DNA of 64,000 bases. Source: Octopus sinensis (taxonomy: Eukaryota). The translations under genes were made by a program, and so were the position numbers. Below are positions 51,759 to 64,000 of the stretch, piece by piece; the stretch's first letter is position 1; each line of letters opens with the position of its first letter. Below the pieces are notes generated by a model. That model saw nothing but the letters and a program-made list of their open reading frames with translations, was not told where the DNA came from and made no database searches. Where the stretch lies: positions 170,128,001 to 170,192,000 of the forward strand of contig NC_042998.1 of the NCBI RefSeq assembly GCF_006345805.1, read 5' to 3'.

Positions 51759-53511
51759 GTAAGCATTGTGTTTGTATCTGTAATCCTCTGTTTCTCAGGA
51801 AGTTGTAAACCCAACCCTTGTAAAAGTAATACTGTTTGAGCTAATAAAACAAAAACAGGACAGTTTTAAGTTCAGTTCTTCACCCATCTACTGATGACAT
51901 CTTGATGACAAAGCATATTTCCTACTATCAGCTACTAAAAGCCTCTTTGTTCGTTGGTTGTTTATATATGAAATGGATCTTTCTAATGTAACAGGATTAT
52001 TTCTGAGCTTATCTGATGATAAAATACTTATGTAACTTATTTAAATTATCTGCATAAAATTGTTTTATCATCTCTTTTTCTTAAACACTCTTCTCTCTCA
52101 CATTCTTTAACATTGGATCCCCACCACCACTACCAATTCCTTCCATTAGCCCCTTACTCAATTGTAACCTATGTTATTTTTTTTCATGTTAATTTTAGTT
52201 TTTCAAATGTGTCAGACTATTTTGTTCAGTAGCCCATGCATTTTTTTTTCCTGATCTCAGATAAAACATTACTTGGCTTAAATAAACTATGAAGAAAATT
52301 TCTTAGAATTATTTTTAGCTGTGTTCGTAAAAAAAAAAAAAAAAAAAAAAAAAAACATAAATGGAACAATTTTTCAAATCCAGGCATCATTAATAACAAA
52401 AATGTTGCCATGGTCCAGCAGGCTGTGAATGATATGTATAGTAAATCATTATAGTCTTTAATGTTTGTGTTATGTTTTCAGTAAGTGTAGAGGTGTTAAA
52501 TATGTTTTATTATTATTATATATTCAGAAATTCATAATAAGCATTTTTTTTCTTCTTATATTCTTTCCTGTGAAAAAGAATTGTATTCTTTATCTTTTCG
52601 CACATTGTAACATGATACTTTTTTTGTTAAAAATATATTGATAAATAAAAGAAAAAGCTGCTTAAAAATGTTTATAATAAAGACTAACATCCCAATCCTA
52701 CTCCTTTTCACCAGTCTTTGTTTTTATTCTTTTCAAGCCACCCACTATAATTTCCTCTCTTTGTATTCATATTCATGATTATGAACTAACTAGTCAGGCA
52801 TGTGTCTTCCAACAGTCGGAAGTAGAAGTCTTAGCCAGCATGTGGCTGCCACATGCATATGAAATTCAGTTATTTCAGAAATTAGTATTGGATAAGCAAA
52901 ATCCAATAGACGTTGTTTTCTTTTCTTTTCTCTTTTTCTTATATAACTTTCTGTCTTCCTGTTATAGCATCGAATGTTTGTTCAGAAAGAAGGTATCTTT
53001 TAAACTTCATAAATCAAAAGTAATCTTAAAGATGAAGGAAGATACCAGATTAAAGAGACAGTTCTAGCATCAATAATACAAATTACATTCCTTAGCTATA
53101 ATTGTTTAGTCTAAAACAATGCAGTTATGGCATCAGAAAAAAAAAAATTCTTTTCTTTTTTTTTTCTTTCTGTTTAATCCAGTTTGAAGGGTGTTAAGTA
53201 AATATTAGAAACATTAAACAATGTAGGTATTTATTTAAAGACTATTTTGACTTATTAAAGATATATATATATATATATATATATACATATCATAAAATTT
53301 TGCAAATGAAGGGCGTTTGTGATCATCATCATCATCATCATCGTCGTTTAACGTCCATTCTCCATGCTAGCATGGGTTTGTGACCATAATAAGCTTCACA
53401 GGAATTTTGAGAGTGAAATAACAAACATGATATAAATATTCACTAGTTTATCATTGTTAGGAAATTGCAACTGCTATGTCGTTGCCAAGTAATATTATTT
53501 CTGATGTATGT

Positions 53512-53690
53512 TAAGGTGGTGATCTAGCAGACTCATTACCATGCCAGACAAGATGCTGTAATCAACTTTGCCTTTCATCCTTTTGGAGTTGACAAAATAA
53601 AGTACCAGTCATGTATTGGGGCTGATGTAATTTACTTGACTCTCCCGTCAAAATCGCTGGCCTTGTGCCAAAATTAGGAAGCATATTACT
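53512..53690 (+). mobile_element. SINE family C, internally deleted
   Basis: aaggtggtgatctagcaga..actttgcctttcatccttttggagttgacaaaataaagtaccag..gctggccttgtgccaaaatt. Confidence 0.8.
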
Positions 53691-54179
53691 TCTGATGTCC
53701 AAACAATAATTGACCATTTCTATCAAAGATGTTTTAGATAGATATATATTTTTTATTTATTCTGATTAAATCTATGTTTACACTTGATTATTTATCTTTT
53801 CAAAATGGAATTAAAGTATTGTTTCATTACTGTTTTAAAAACCTAAGTATAAATTATTAGACAGAATGTTTATATATAGCCATTCAATTTATCAGATTTT
53901 CAGAGATCTCTGCTTGGGAACTTATATACCTTCAGGAATAAATAATTCTTCAAAAGAAAATACTGACAAATACCCACCCTCTATCAAATATTTGTAGAAT
54001 GAGAAAAAAAAGAAAGTTGCATTTTGCTTTTAGGATTATAGAATATTCATTTCTGTTTAATTTAATACTACTACTGCTCAGTAAGTTCATCTTAGTGTCC
54101 TACAGAAAACTAAGGCAAATATTGTGAATGTTCACTTCTATTTATCTCATTATAATAATTTGGAGAATCTTTAAACTTG

Positions 54180-54394
54180 GCTCTTTAGCATTCAGATTTC
54201 TCAGTCAAATGTAATTCTTATTTCTTCACATTGATTTGAATTAGTCATGCATTACCTTGTAGCTCTGAGATTTCAATGATGTGATTGTTTATTTTTAGAA
54301 TAACCTTGTAGGCTAAGTGGTGTGGGCCAGTTTGAAAATAAAACAAGTAGATTATTTTGGCTGGATATGGCCAGTTTAAATGTTAAACGGTTAA
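54180..54394 (+). mobile_element. piggyBac-type MITE (same family as 26580)
   Basis: ctttagcattcagat ... gccagtttaaatgttaaacggTTAA. Confidence 0.75.
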
Positions 54395-55309
54395 AGTATA
54401 TCAATCATTGATGGTTAAAAATGAAAAAAATATATATGAAATAATGATGATAAATATACACACGCTCATAAATATGCATATATACATACAATATACACAC
54501 ATATGTTCACATTTTCCAAGCTGTAATGGATTGGAGGAGACCATTGTGGTCAGATATCCTTCCTGATGCAACCCTTGTTTTTAAAGTGTGGTACTTTCTT
54601 TCTTTGCCCTTTATGTCCACAACCAAGTTGTAAGACATATTGTTTATAATAGATGTAAACAAATATCACTGCTGATCAAGCTGTCAGTATAATTACACAC
54701 AGAGAGAGATGTGTGTGTGTGTGTGTGTGTGTGTGCATTTATTTGACAGGCTTTGTACAATTTCCATTTACCACTGCAGGAGACACCTGCCTTTACTCAC
54801 ACATGTATTGAGTCTATGTGTGTCTGTCTATCTCTGTCTGTGTAGATAGTTTATGTGCCATAAAACTGTACTGATGCTATATGGACATAAAAAATCATAT
54901 ATACTTGGTGGATTGACTCCTTTACATACATTTTGAAACTTGTAATTTTAATTTTTGTCTCAAACTTAATATTGAACAGAAATTCTAACTACTGAAGTGT
55001 TGGAAAAAAATTTTTAATCAGTGTTCTTGGAATCGTTATCTTGTCTTTTTTATGTGCATACTTGCATAAGTCTTGGATCTTGTTGCTTATGCTCTTTATT
55101 TGGAGATGTTTGAGGGTATTTGGCCACTATATTCAATGAATTGAGTTATTGCAGGAAACTTCTTCACTGTTACTGTTTTCAATATATGCTGTTCACACAA
55201 TATCCTTCAAACACCTGCATTTATGGAGACAACTATGGCTATCTAGTTAAGAAGTGTACTTAACAATGATTTTTGGTTCAATTCCAGAAGATAATGGTTT
55301 GCCCACATT

Positions 55310-55740
55310 ACTTCATAAGGAGTGTAGGGCTGGTTTCCCTGTTTCTCTGGCATGGCGAGCTGGCAGAAATGTTAGCTCACCGGGTGAAATGCGTAGCCGT
55401 ATTTCGTTACGTTCTGGGTTCAAATTCCGCCAAGGTCGACTTTGCCTTTCATCCTTTTGGGGTCGATAAATTAAGGACCAGTTAGGCACTGAGGTCAATG
55501 TAATAGACTTAATTCTTGTTTGTCCCCTGTGTTTAGCCCCTTGTGGGTAGTAAAGAAATATATATACTCCTCCATGGATGGGATACCAGTCTGTTGCAAG
55601 ATTACTCCTTGTCGCCAGTTTAGTGGACTGGAGCAACATGAAATGAAGTGTTTTGTTCAAGAATACAATGCATTGCTTGGTCCAGGAATCAAAACCTCAA
55701 TCTTATAATCATGAGCTGATACCCTAACCATACACCTCCA
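55310..55740. mobile_element. SINE family C (+, about 55343-55560) nested in a minus-strand family V-like SINE
   Basis: Host tail gggctggtttccctgtttctctgg lies left of the insert; the host centre ggatgggataccagtctg and head lie to the right. Confidence 0.7.
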
Positions 55741-56912
55741 CTCTCAACATGATACCTTGGATAAATGTTTTCTACCATAGCTTCTAGTTAGTTAAAACCT
55801 TGTGGATGAAATATGGATACATGGGAACATGAAAAGCCTATCTAAAGGGCTGTTCCTGTTGTTGGGTGATTGACTTTTTATTTCCCAGTTTAACAAGGCC
55901 ACCTAATCTTTGGGTATCTTTATCAGATTGACTCTGTTGCAAGCATTTGAAGCAGATCTCTTGTCTGAAGATAACTTTCTCTTCACCTCCTGTTAGTATT
56001 GAAGGCTCTGAAAAAGGTGTGTGAGCCATCCTCTTCCTTTTCTGACTAAACTATTAAAAAAATGTCAAGACAAAAATACTTAGACAAATGAGAGATGCAT
56101 TCCTGGGCTGTTGTCTGCTACAGTCCACACAACCCTAGCAGCTACATGTAAAGTATTCACAAATGTCTAGGGACATTGCAACAACATGTAAACTATTCTT
56201 TCTTTCTCTAACCTAATAAACACAAAATATTACTAAAATAACTGCACTGCCAATTTATACTGGATTACTGAACATCTCTGTTCAATCCTAAAAAATGAGG
56301 ATAAACATATAAGCAAAGTTCATCTGGACTGTTTTTCTTCTTTTGTCTTCAGTCAAAGAAAAAGAAATAGATACAACTTGCCCTGACTTCCATACCATGT
56401 TACATATAGCCAACTACTGTATGACACACGTTATAATGTCATAACTGGATTAAATATGATATGTGAGTTGTTCTTAGACACTGAATATGTTACCTCTGTG
56501 CTGTAGATCTGCATTGGTAAAGCCTAAACATAATTCATTCATTCATATTTAGATTTAATTAGAAGTGGTAGTTATAAGGCTGCATTGTTAGCTTCTCTCA
56601 TGATTTACATCCTTGAACTCAAGACTTAAGCTTGAACACATTTGGTAATTTAAGAATGCTTCTACCCCACTCTACTGGAACACTATTCTAAATTCAACAC
56701 TGCATTCATTTAATCTGGACAAATATAAAGTACATGTATACATAGGGTGGGTGAGGGGACATCAGTTTCCACTCTTGGATAAATTTTTTCACACTGAGCT
56801 CTCTTTTGCTGACAACTTGCTATAATACATCTGTATCAGTATCTACATGTAACTCTGTGTTGTGTTGTCAACTTGCTTTAATATCATCTCCAGAAACACC
56901 TGAACTTAGATC

Positions 56913-58158
56913 TAGTAAAACTCACTTCATTTGTCGGGCCTTCGCAGTCACAGCATATCTCCAGAGGTATCGGTCTTTCATCATTGCCTCTGTGAGGCCC
57001 AACATTCGAAAGTCATGCTTGACCACCTTATCCCATGTCTTCTTGGGTCTACCCCTACCCTGGATTCCTTCAACTGTTTGGGAGTGGCACTTCTTCACAC
57101 ATCTCTCCTCATCCATCCATAGTACATGACCATACCAATGCAAACGTCTCTCCTGCATGCCACATCCGATGCTTCTTATGTCCAACATTTCTCTCAAGGC
57201 ACTTACACTCTGTCATGCATGCACAATGACATTACACATCCAGCGGATCATGCTAGCTTCATTTCTTTCGAGCCTACGCATATCCTCCACATGTTTCACT
57301 ACTGTGAAGTATGGCAGTTCGCACACTCTGAGCGAGAGATCCTTTGTCGCCAGTAGGGGAAGAAGCTTTCTAAACTTTGCCCAGGCTATTCTTATTCTAG
57401 TGGTAACATTCTCTGAGCATCCACCCCCACTACTAACTTGGTCACCTAGGTAGCGGAAGCTATCAACTACTTCTAGTTTCTCCCCCTGGAGTGTGATGGA
57501 ATCTGTTTTCTGAGTATCTGTGGTGTCTATTGCCCTTGTGCATCTGCCGCACATGAAAGCTATCTTCTCAGTTAATTTTCCTTTGATGTTGCTGCACCTA
57601 TTATGTGTCCATAGCTTACACAGGGTACATCTTATGGAGTGTCTACCTACACCTTTTCTACAAATTGAGCAGGGCTTCCTACCTAAGGGGGTTTGTGATG
57701 AGTTTGCCTTCCTACTCACTAGAACTTTGGTCTTTGCTACATTGACTCTAAGGCCTTTTGATTCCAAACCTAGCTTCACACATGAAATTTCTTTTCTTGT
57801 TCTGGTAGTGATTCTGCTATGAGGGCCAGGTCATCAGCATAGAGGAGCTCCCTGGGGAAACCCGTCTTTAATTCCTCTGTTATAATAAAAGGGGACTGAG
57901 GGCTGAACCTTGGTGGACCCTACTTCTACCTGGAATTCTTCACTATACTCATTGCCAATCCTAACCTTACTAACAGCCTCTCTGTAAATGGCCTGTACAG
58001 CTCTTATTAACCATTAGTCAATCTCCAGTTTCCACATAGCCCAACAGATAAGGGATCAGGGGACCCTGTCAAAGGCTTTCTCTAAGTCCACAAAAGCTAA
58101 GTATAGGGGTTTATCTTTAGCTAGGTATTTCTCCTGCAGTTGTCAAACCAGGAATATT
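56913..58158 (-). mobile_element. RTE LINE reverse transcriptase pseudogene fragment, no 3' UTR tail
   Basis: Minus: QLQEKYLAKDKPLYLAFVDLEKAFDRVP..HQGSALSP..ELLYADDLALIAES..LESKGLRVNVAKTKVL..CTLCKLWTHNRCS..LEVVDSFRYLGDQ..ERRLHWYGHV..GRGRPKKTW..KARQMK*; several stops and frameshifts. Confidence 0.95.
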
Positions 58159-58735
58159 ATTAGAACTAAATAATTGTTCAAAATCATAAGAACAGCATAT
58201 TGAATTTTGTGTTATCATCTTGAATCAATGGAAGTTTATTAGTATATATATATATATATATGCTTAATTGGTTTGGTTACTGAATTTAATCCATTTAGTT
58301 GACTATAAAGTATGGAATGTAATTTTATTTTGTTTATTTGTTAGAATATATTTAGACATTTGTTTAAGGTATGGATGAACATAAAGCTTACACATTTAAG
58401 ATGTTTAAAGACTAACAGCTTATTTTTTATCTGATATTTTTGTTTTATTTTTTAGTCAGTGTCTTACTCATACCAAAAATTTGTCTAGTACATTTTTCTT
58501 TCTACATGTTATACATATCAATCTAATTGTCTTCTAAGAATGTTTATAAAACAAAATCTAAAATAATGATCAAATTATTGAGTTTAACATTAATATTGAA
58601 AACTTGTTCATTATATGATAAGCAATGTTTATCATAGTCTCACTTAAAATTTACTGTTTTAAAATTGCCCATATTTTGAATATTAAGCATATCTTGAATA
58701 AGTCTTACTGATTTCAGACCATCTTGTGAGATATA

Positions 58736-59409
58736 TCTATACATATAAATTTGACATGGGCGATTCTTTCTTGTCTTGAGATTCACGGTCAAACAGCTGC
58801 GTGGAATTGTGCAAAAAATTACACAGATGTGTAGAATGATCTGGTGGTGATGCTACGCTTTGTATTTTTTCATAGCTCTCATGGTTACCAAGATAATCTA
58901 CTATAATAATACTCTTGTGTTTATGAATGAGAAAGGAAAGGGTGATAGATGAATAAGGAAGGAAGGGGTGATTTCATATTTTTTTTCATAGCTCTCATGG
59001 TTACCGAAATAATCTATAATAATATTCTTGTGTTTATGAATGATGAAGGAAGGGGTGATGTCATACTTGGTAGTGGGATGATGAAAATTGTATGCTGAAA
59101 AAATAAAGCAAACATCATTTCAACTCTGTGTGAATATATGTGTGTATGTGAATGTGTGCATGTGCGCACACAATATACATAGGATGGTTCATCTTTGTTC
59201 GCTTAGTATTTGGGTTTATTTTTTGATTTTGTTGAATCATGATTTGTTTTTTTTTATTGGTTAGTTATTTTTAGCGTTTTGACAGAAAAAACTCATTCTA
59301 AAATTGTTTTTTAATGTAAGCGTGCCCAAAGTAGTTGAATGCTTACACAGAGCAGGTTTTAAAGCTACATCATCTAAACCGTCCGGGTGAAACCGAGCTT
59401 AGCTGCTAG
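58736..59409 (+). mobile_element. Non-autonomous Helitron with both termini
   Basis: A|TCtatacatataaa 5' end; 3' hairpin cgg-gtgaaa-ccg followed by CTAG|T. Internal tandem duplication of about 115 bp at 58866-59066. Confidence 0.8.
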
Positions 59410-59434
59410 TACATATATATATATATATGTATGT

Positions 59435-60525
59435 ATACTAGAACCTTCCCCAAGTAATGAAAAACCTTCAAGCCAAATATTTGGTACAGATTGATCCAGT
59501 GGTTTGGCCGTGCATAACAATAGGCCATATGGCTAGGGGAAAATTGTAGATTTGATTTCAAATCTGAGGTAGGACCAATATCCAAGTAGAAATAGTCACA
59601 TCGTATTTAAATATGAAATATCAAGTGTACTCTAGCTAATTTTATTAGGTCCATTCTACAAACAGTTATTTGAATAACTCATGTCAATATCTTGGGCAAG
59701 TATCTTCTACTATAGCCTCGGGCTGACCAAAGCCTTGTGAGTGGATTTGGTAGATGGAAACTGAAAGACACCTGTCATATATATGTGTGTGTATATGTTT
59801 GTGCCTGTGTTTGTCCCCCCAACATCACTTGACAACCGATAGTGGTGTGTTTGTGTCCCCATAACTTAGCGGTTCGGCAAAAGAGACCAATAGAATAAGT
59901 ACTAGGCTTACAAAGAATAAGTCCTGGGGTTGATTTGCTCAACTAAAGGCAGTGCTCCAGCATGGCCGCAGTAAAATGACTGAAACAAGTAAAAGAGTAT
60001 AAATTGAAAGATATCCTACAGTGTATAAGCACGTGTCTGTATCAAGACCTTTTGTTATTTAGAAACCTTACTGTTTGTTTTTCTTTAAACCTCTTGTTTT
60101 ATTATGGCAATTACAGTTTTTCAGAATCATTCACCTTTAAAGTGAAAAAACAAAACTGATGTAGTTTCCAGATTTGGTACAGATTGATCCAGCAGTTTGG
60201 CTGTACATTGAGGAAACACAAACACAGGCAGAGAGTAAGAATAAAAGTGAAACAATTAGTGAAAGGAAAGTGAAACAATATCATGAAAAGTAAAAGAATA
60301 AAAGTGAAATTATTATACCGCAGCAAAAAAAGAAAATTGGAAGGGTTATATAAGGGGGCACTGTAGCTCCCTATATGGGCAAGGCTCAAAATTTGACCCT
60401 CCCTAGAACCTTCGCCGAATAGTGAAAATCCTTCATGCCGAATTTGGTGCAGATTGATCCAGTAGTTTTGCCATGCATAGAAGAAAAAACACACACACAC
60501 AGTGAATTTTATATATATATATAGA
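59435..60525 (-). mobile_element. Helitron-like 5' region (minus) with repeated subterminal motif, interrupted by SINE A
   Basis: Right end is the reverse complement of TCTATATATA..AAAATTCACTGTGTGTG; atttggt.cagattgatccag recurs at about 59480, 60171 and 60443. Confidence 0.55.
59690..59998 (+). mobile_element. SINE family A, young, 5' truncated
   Basis: ttgggcaagtatcttctactatagcctcgggctgaccaaagcc...gactgaaacaagtaaaagag with CpGs retained. Confidence 0.9.
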
Positions 60526-60529
60526 GAGA

Positions 60530-60935
60530 GAGAGGCATAAAGTTTGCTTCCTGATCAGGTTCAATCCTACTGTGTGACACCGTAACCAAGTGTCTTCTAC
60601 TGTACCCCCAGAACAACCAACATCTTGTGAGTGGGTTTGGTAGATAAAAGCTGAAAGAAGCTTGTCATATATTTGTGCATGTGTGTGTGTGTATATATGA
60701 ATGCCTTTGTCTAGACTTCATGGAATAATTGTAAATAAGCATTGTCATATGAGTGAGGTTGTTCGTTTCTGGTCATCAATGGAAAACATATCTAGCCGTT
60801 GGAAAATATTATCTTGCTTGGAAATAGGTGAGGGTTGGTGACAAGGAGGACATTCAGCCAAAGGAAATCTGTCTCCCTTAATTCTGTTTGACCCATGCAA
60901 GTGTAAAGAAGTGGACATTAAATAATGATGATGAA
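60530..60935 (+). mobile_element. Old SINE: family A head with RTE-type tail, ending about 38 bp before an RPRD2 acceptor
   Basis: ggtagataaaagctgaaagaagc..gagggttggtgacaaggaggacattcagcc..gacccatgc..gtggacattaaataatgatgatga. Confidence 0.7.
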
Positions 60936-60972
60936 TTATACATGATTTTGTTCTGTTTCCTTTCAATTGTAG

Positions 60973-61148
60973 ACCGAGCACATGGAAAAGAATTTTCACG
61001 CCAATTTGAAGATGCCTGTAACAAACTGGATGACTACGTTGTGAGTTTACAGAAAGAGATAGACCATAGGACTGCCATGATAACCATGCTTGAGCAGAGT
61101 GAACTGTTCTATGAAGACCAGTATCGGGAGGCTAAGATAGTTGCCAAT
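60973..61148 (+). CDS. RPRD2: RPRD2 coding exon (coiled coil), 176 nt
   Basis: ttgtag acceptor, AAT|GTATGT donor. DRAHGKEFSRQFEDACNKLDDYVVSLQKEIDHRTAMITMLEQSELFYEDQYREAKIVAN. Confidence 0.95.
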
Positions 61149-62417
61149 GTATGTTCATGTCTTTGTACAATCTTGAGACTACAAAACTGAATGTTTTTTT
61201 TTCCTCCTTTTGTTTTGCTTTCTTTTAAATACTTAGTAATCTGTTGCTGGACATTAGCTGTAACCTTTTTAATATGTTGTCGACTGGAGCACAGTGAGAA
61301 CTTAGTGCGTTAGTGTAGTTTATGTTAAGTTTCATTTATTGCAGGCTTGTGGTTTGTGAAATAATGCAAGCAAAAATATCATTCCAGGAAGAAACAATTC
61401 TGAATAAAAATGATAAGGCACAGACTTGGGTTTTGGTGAATATGAAGTGAACAGATTGTTTAGAATGTATATGTGGTGAATGTTTGTATGTATCAGCATA
61501 GACATTGAAAGGTATTGGAACGAATCTTGAGACAAAAATATGGACTGATTAATAGAGTATTTATTAAGAAGCAGTATCTAGTGATAATTGGATTGTCACC
61601 TCTAGATACATGTATTCTTAGAGTTTATAAGTAACTGGCAGATTGTTTAATAAAATGACAGTGATGAATTTGACAAATAAAATTATACAAGTGAGAAAAA
61701 GTATTTGGACATCTGTGTATTTAGTTTATTTTTGTACAATTTTTAAAAACTGAGTTCCTTGACTTGTTGGTTTTGTCACTCATAGTTTTTATTTTGATTT
61801 AGCTTTACTAGAATAATAATAATAATAATATTAATCAGTCACTTGATTGAAAATACTGCTAACATTTGTTGTTCATTATTAAAAAGTATGAAATATATGT
61901 TGACTTTTTTCTTTTTTTTTTCTTTCCATTGTCTATTATTCTAAGTGTTTGTATTAATTGACCAGGTGAATAAGAATGTGTATGAAATCTAAATGGTTAA
62001 GAGTGACATGCAGTCATGTTATCATAAGTAGTGAGCATAGAGTTGGCAGAGGTTCAATGAACTAGCTATCTTAAACATTGAGATTTACAAATGTGGTTAA
62101 TTGATGATATGTTGATGTAGGATAAATTGTGGAGATGTTGAATTGATAAGTGGGTTTTGTGACTTGCAAAGGTTGGATTGGGTTGGTTCTGAAGAGTGGG
62201 AGAGTGTGTGTGTGTGTGTGGGTGGTGTCCCCAGCCATAACCAAATGGTTAAAACCAATAAAATAGTGTGTATGTGTGGGGGTGCTTATGTTTATCTTAA
62301 TCTCATTGTGTTGGTATTTTTAAATTTATGGTTTCTTAAGATCAAACACAGTTATTTGTGTATCTATTTTATTCTCGCGAATTAAATATTCTCTCTTTCT
62401 TTTTTTTTTTTACTTAG

Positions 62418-62649
62418 GCATATAAAAACTTTGGTTCTAGAGTTGCAATTGTGAAAAAGAAACTCGATGAACTGAAGTTGTCATTACCAGATCCAGCTAG
62501 TCCTCTGCCTTCACCTACACCTGATGCTCCATCACCTAGTAGTACTCCACCAGCAGACGTAGATACACAACAAGATAACACAGAAGCAATTGATATGGAA
62601 CTTTCTGATTCTGACAATGATGAAAGTGATGCAACTCGAAATATATTAG
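62418..62649 (+). CDS. RPRD2: RPRD2 coding exon (end of coiled coil, SP-rich segment), 232 nt
   Basis: T-tract + cttag acceptor, TAG|GTAACT donor. AYKNFGSRVAIVKKKLDELKLSLPDPASPLPSPTPDAPSPSSTP...IDMELSDSDNDESDATRNIL; the LPDP..SPxPSPxxDAPSP and DMELSD motifs are RPRD2-like. Confidence 0.95.
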
Positions 62650-63035
62650 GTAACTTAGCTTCAAAGCTTTTACCTTTCAATACTTTTGGTAATGTCCCTT
62701 TCCTGTTTTATAACATTTGTAGCCAACAAGTTATTCTAAAACTCATAAGTAATTTCTATTAAATTTGTTGTATAATTAAGTAGAAAATTAACACATAATT
62801 ACTTGACTTCTTTTGGTAATAGCAACTTATTTTAACATTCTAAAGGTTTATTTTTGAATCATATTCCTTGTCTAACTGAAATCCCATGATATATCTGATA
62901 TAAATAAGTTTCATTTAATATTCAGTTCATAAATATAATTAGTACTTTGAAAAATAACAAAAATACTCTATAATAAAAAAAAAAAATATCCTTGTTTGGT
63001 ATAGATAATGATTTAAATTTTTGTTTCATTTTTAG

Positions 63036-63053
63036 TTGTTGTCAATGAAACTG
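63036..63053 (+). CDS. RPRD2: Putative 18-nt RPRD2 microexon (VVVNET), phase 1-1
   Basis: ttttgtttcatttttag|TTGTTGTCAATGAAACTG|gtaagt: strong acceptor and consensus donor, frame-preserving and stop-free after the phase-1 exon ending at 62649. Confidence 0.65.
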
Positions 63054-64000
63054 GTAAGTAATTTTTTTATATATATCTTTTTGTTTTTTAGCATTTGTTT
63101 AAACTTAATCGTTAGCTTATTGTACTAAGAATTTGTTTATATTTTACTAAATTAAGTCCAACTTCCTCTGGTTAATAAATAAATTTTAAAAAATTACTTA
63201 CGTAAAAGTTTTATTCACATACATAAATGCACATGTACTTTCACACAAAATACACACTTAAAGATAAACTCCCTTAGTGGCTCTGAATTTCTTAACTACT
63301 TTGATATCACTTTTGGGTTGGGCTTACAATTTGCAAATCTGTTAATTTGTCACTTCATCCAGTTATGGCATGATTCATTTTTACTTTTACTAAATGTCAG
63401 TCTGGTTCCTTTATTGTGTTCATACAACCTCTCATATACATCTTCTGCATGAAGTTGCTTAAGACTGATATTTGTTTATAATATTTTGTTATTTAATTTG
63501 CTTACTTTTTTTTCCACTTCTGATTTTTGTCAACTTAATTGTATGTTTTAAATATAGGTTGTGAATTATTTGTCTTTTTAAACTTGTATTATGTTGTTGA
63601 TAATTTCAAATATATGTTGTAAGAGCCTATGTAGATACTGAAATAATACTTTTTTTTCTTTAAATAAAGTCTCCCTCCCAGTGACAATCTAATTTTTTGT
63701 TGAAATGAACAAAAAAACATTCATGTAAGGCTTGTTAGAATTTATCAAATTAAGAAATTATCTTCAGAAAGTTGAAATTACGTCTGTAAGCTGTAAACTT
63801 TTATTGTATTTTATGTTGTTACTGTTAGAATAAGGTGTTAAAAAAAATTTTTTTTCCATTGTTTTCTTGTCACTTGATCTTAGTGGGGCGCAGCCAATAC
63901 ACTCGCAAAAGCTGACCCTTTTCATAAATTTCATGCTTTAAACAAGCAAATACCTTATGAAAGTTGAAATTTACCTAGTCTTTTCAAATAAGCAAGTAAT

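Noticed and set aside
55838-56029. 63-aa minus-strand ORF with balanced composition
   Set aside because: No recognisable homology or splice context; it is probably a chance ORF or TE remnant.

Overview
AT-rich, repeat-dense eukaryotic genomic DNA. The repeat landscape looks like an octopus/coleoid cephalopod; this is an inference from recalled repeat families, not a database result. The window is the middle of one + strand gene, an RPRD2 orthologue (CID + CREPT/coiled-coil domain regulator of RNA Pol II CTD). Eight coding exons can be read by eye with GT-AG sites and consistent phases: 14574-14703, 31198-31298, 32038-32235, 49125-49174, 51632-51758, 60973-61148, 62418-62649 and an 18-nt microexon 63036-63053. 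Exon 1 and the 3' exons lie outside the window. The introns hold tRNA-derived SINEs (several families), RTE LINE fragments, a Tc1/mariner remnant, hAT and piggyBac-type MITEs, Helitrons (one with a PIF1 helicase remnant) and Penelope-like elements. The most striking signal is seven hammerhead-ribozyme-like motifs from about six unrelated element families, most bracketed by (TA)n. Four of them sit in a roughly 9 kb nest (37.8-46.9 kb) built on a GGATGTG(TA)n satellite, which also contains a young RTE LINE whose 3' UTR is a higher-order tandem array. Almost all ORFs in the supplied track are low-complexity or chance ORFs. Coordinates of repeats are approximate and nothing was computed or searched.
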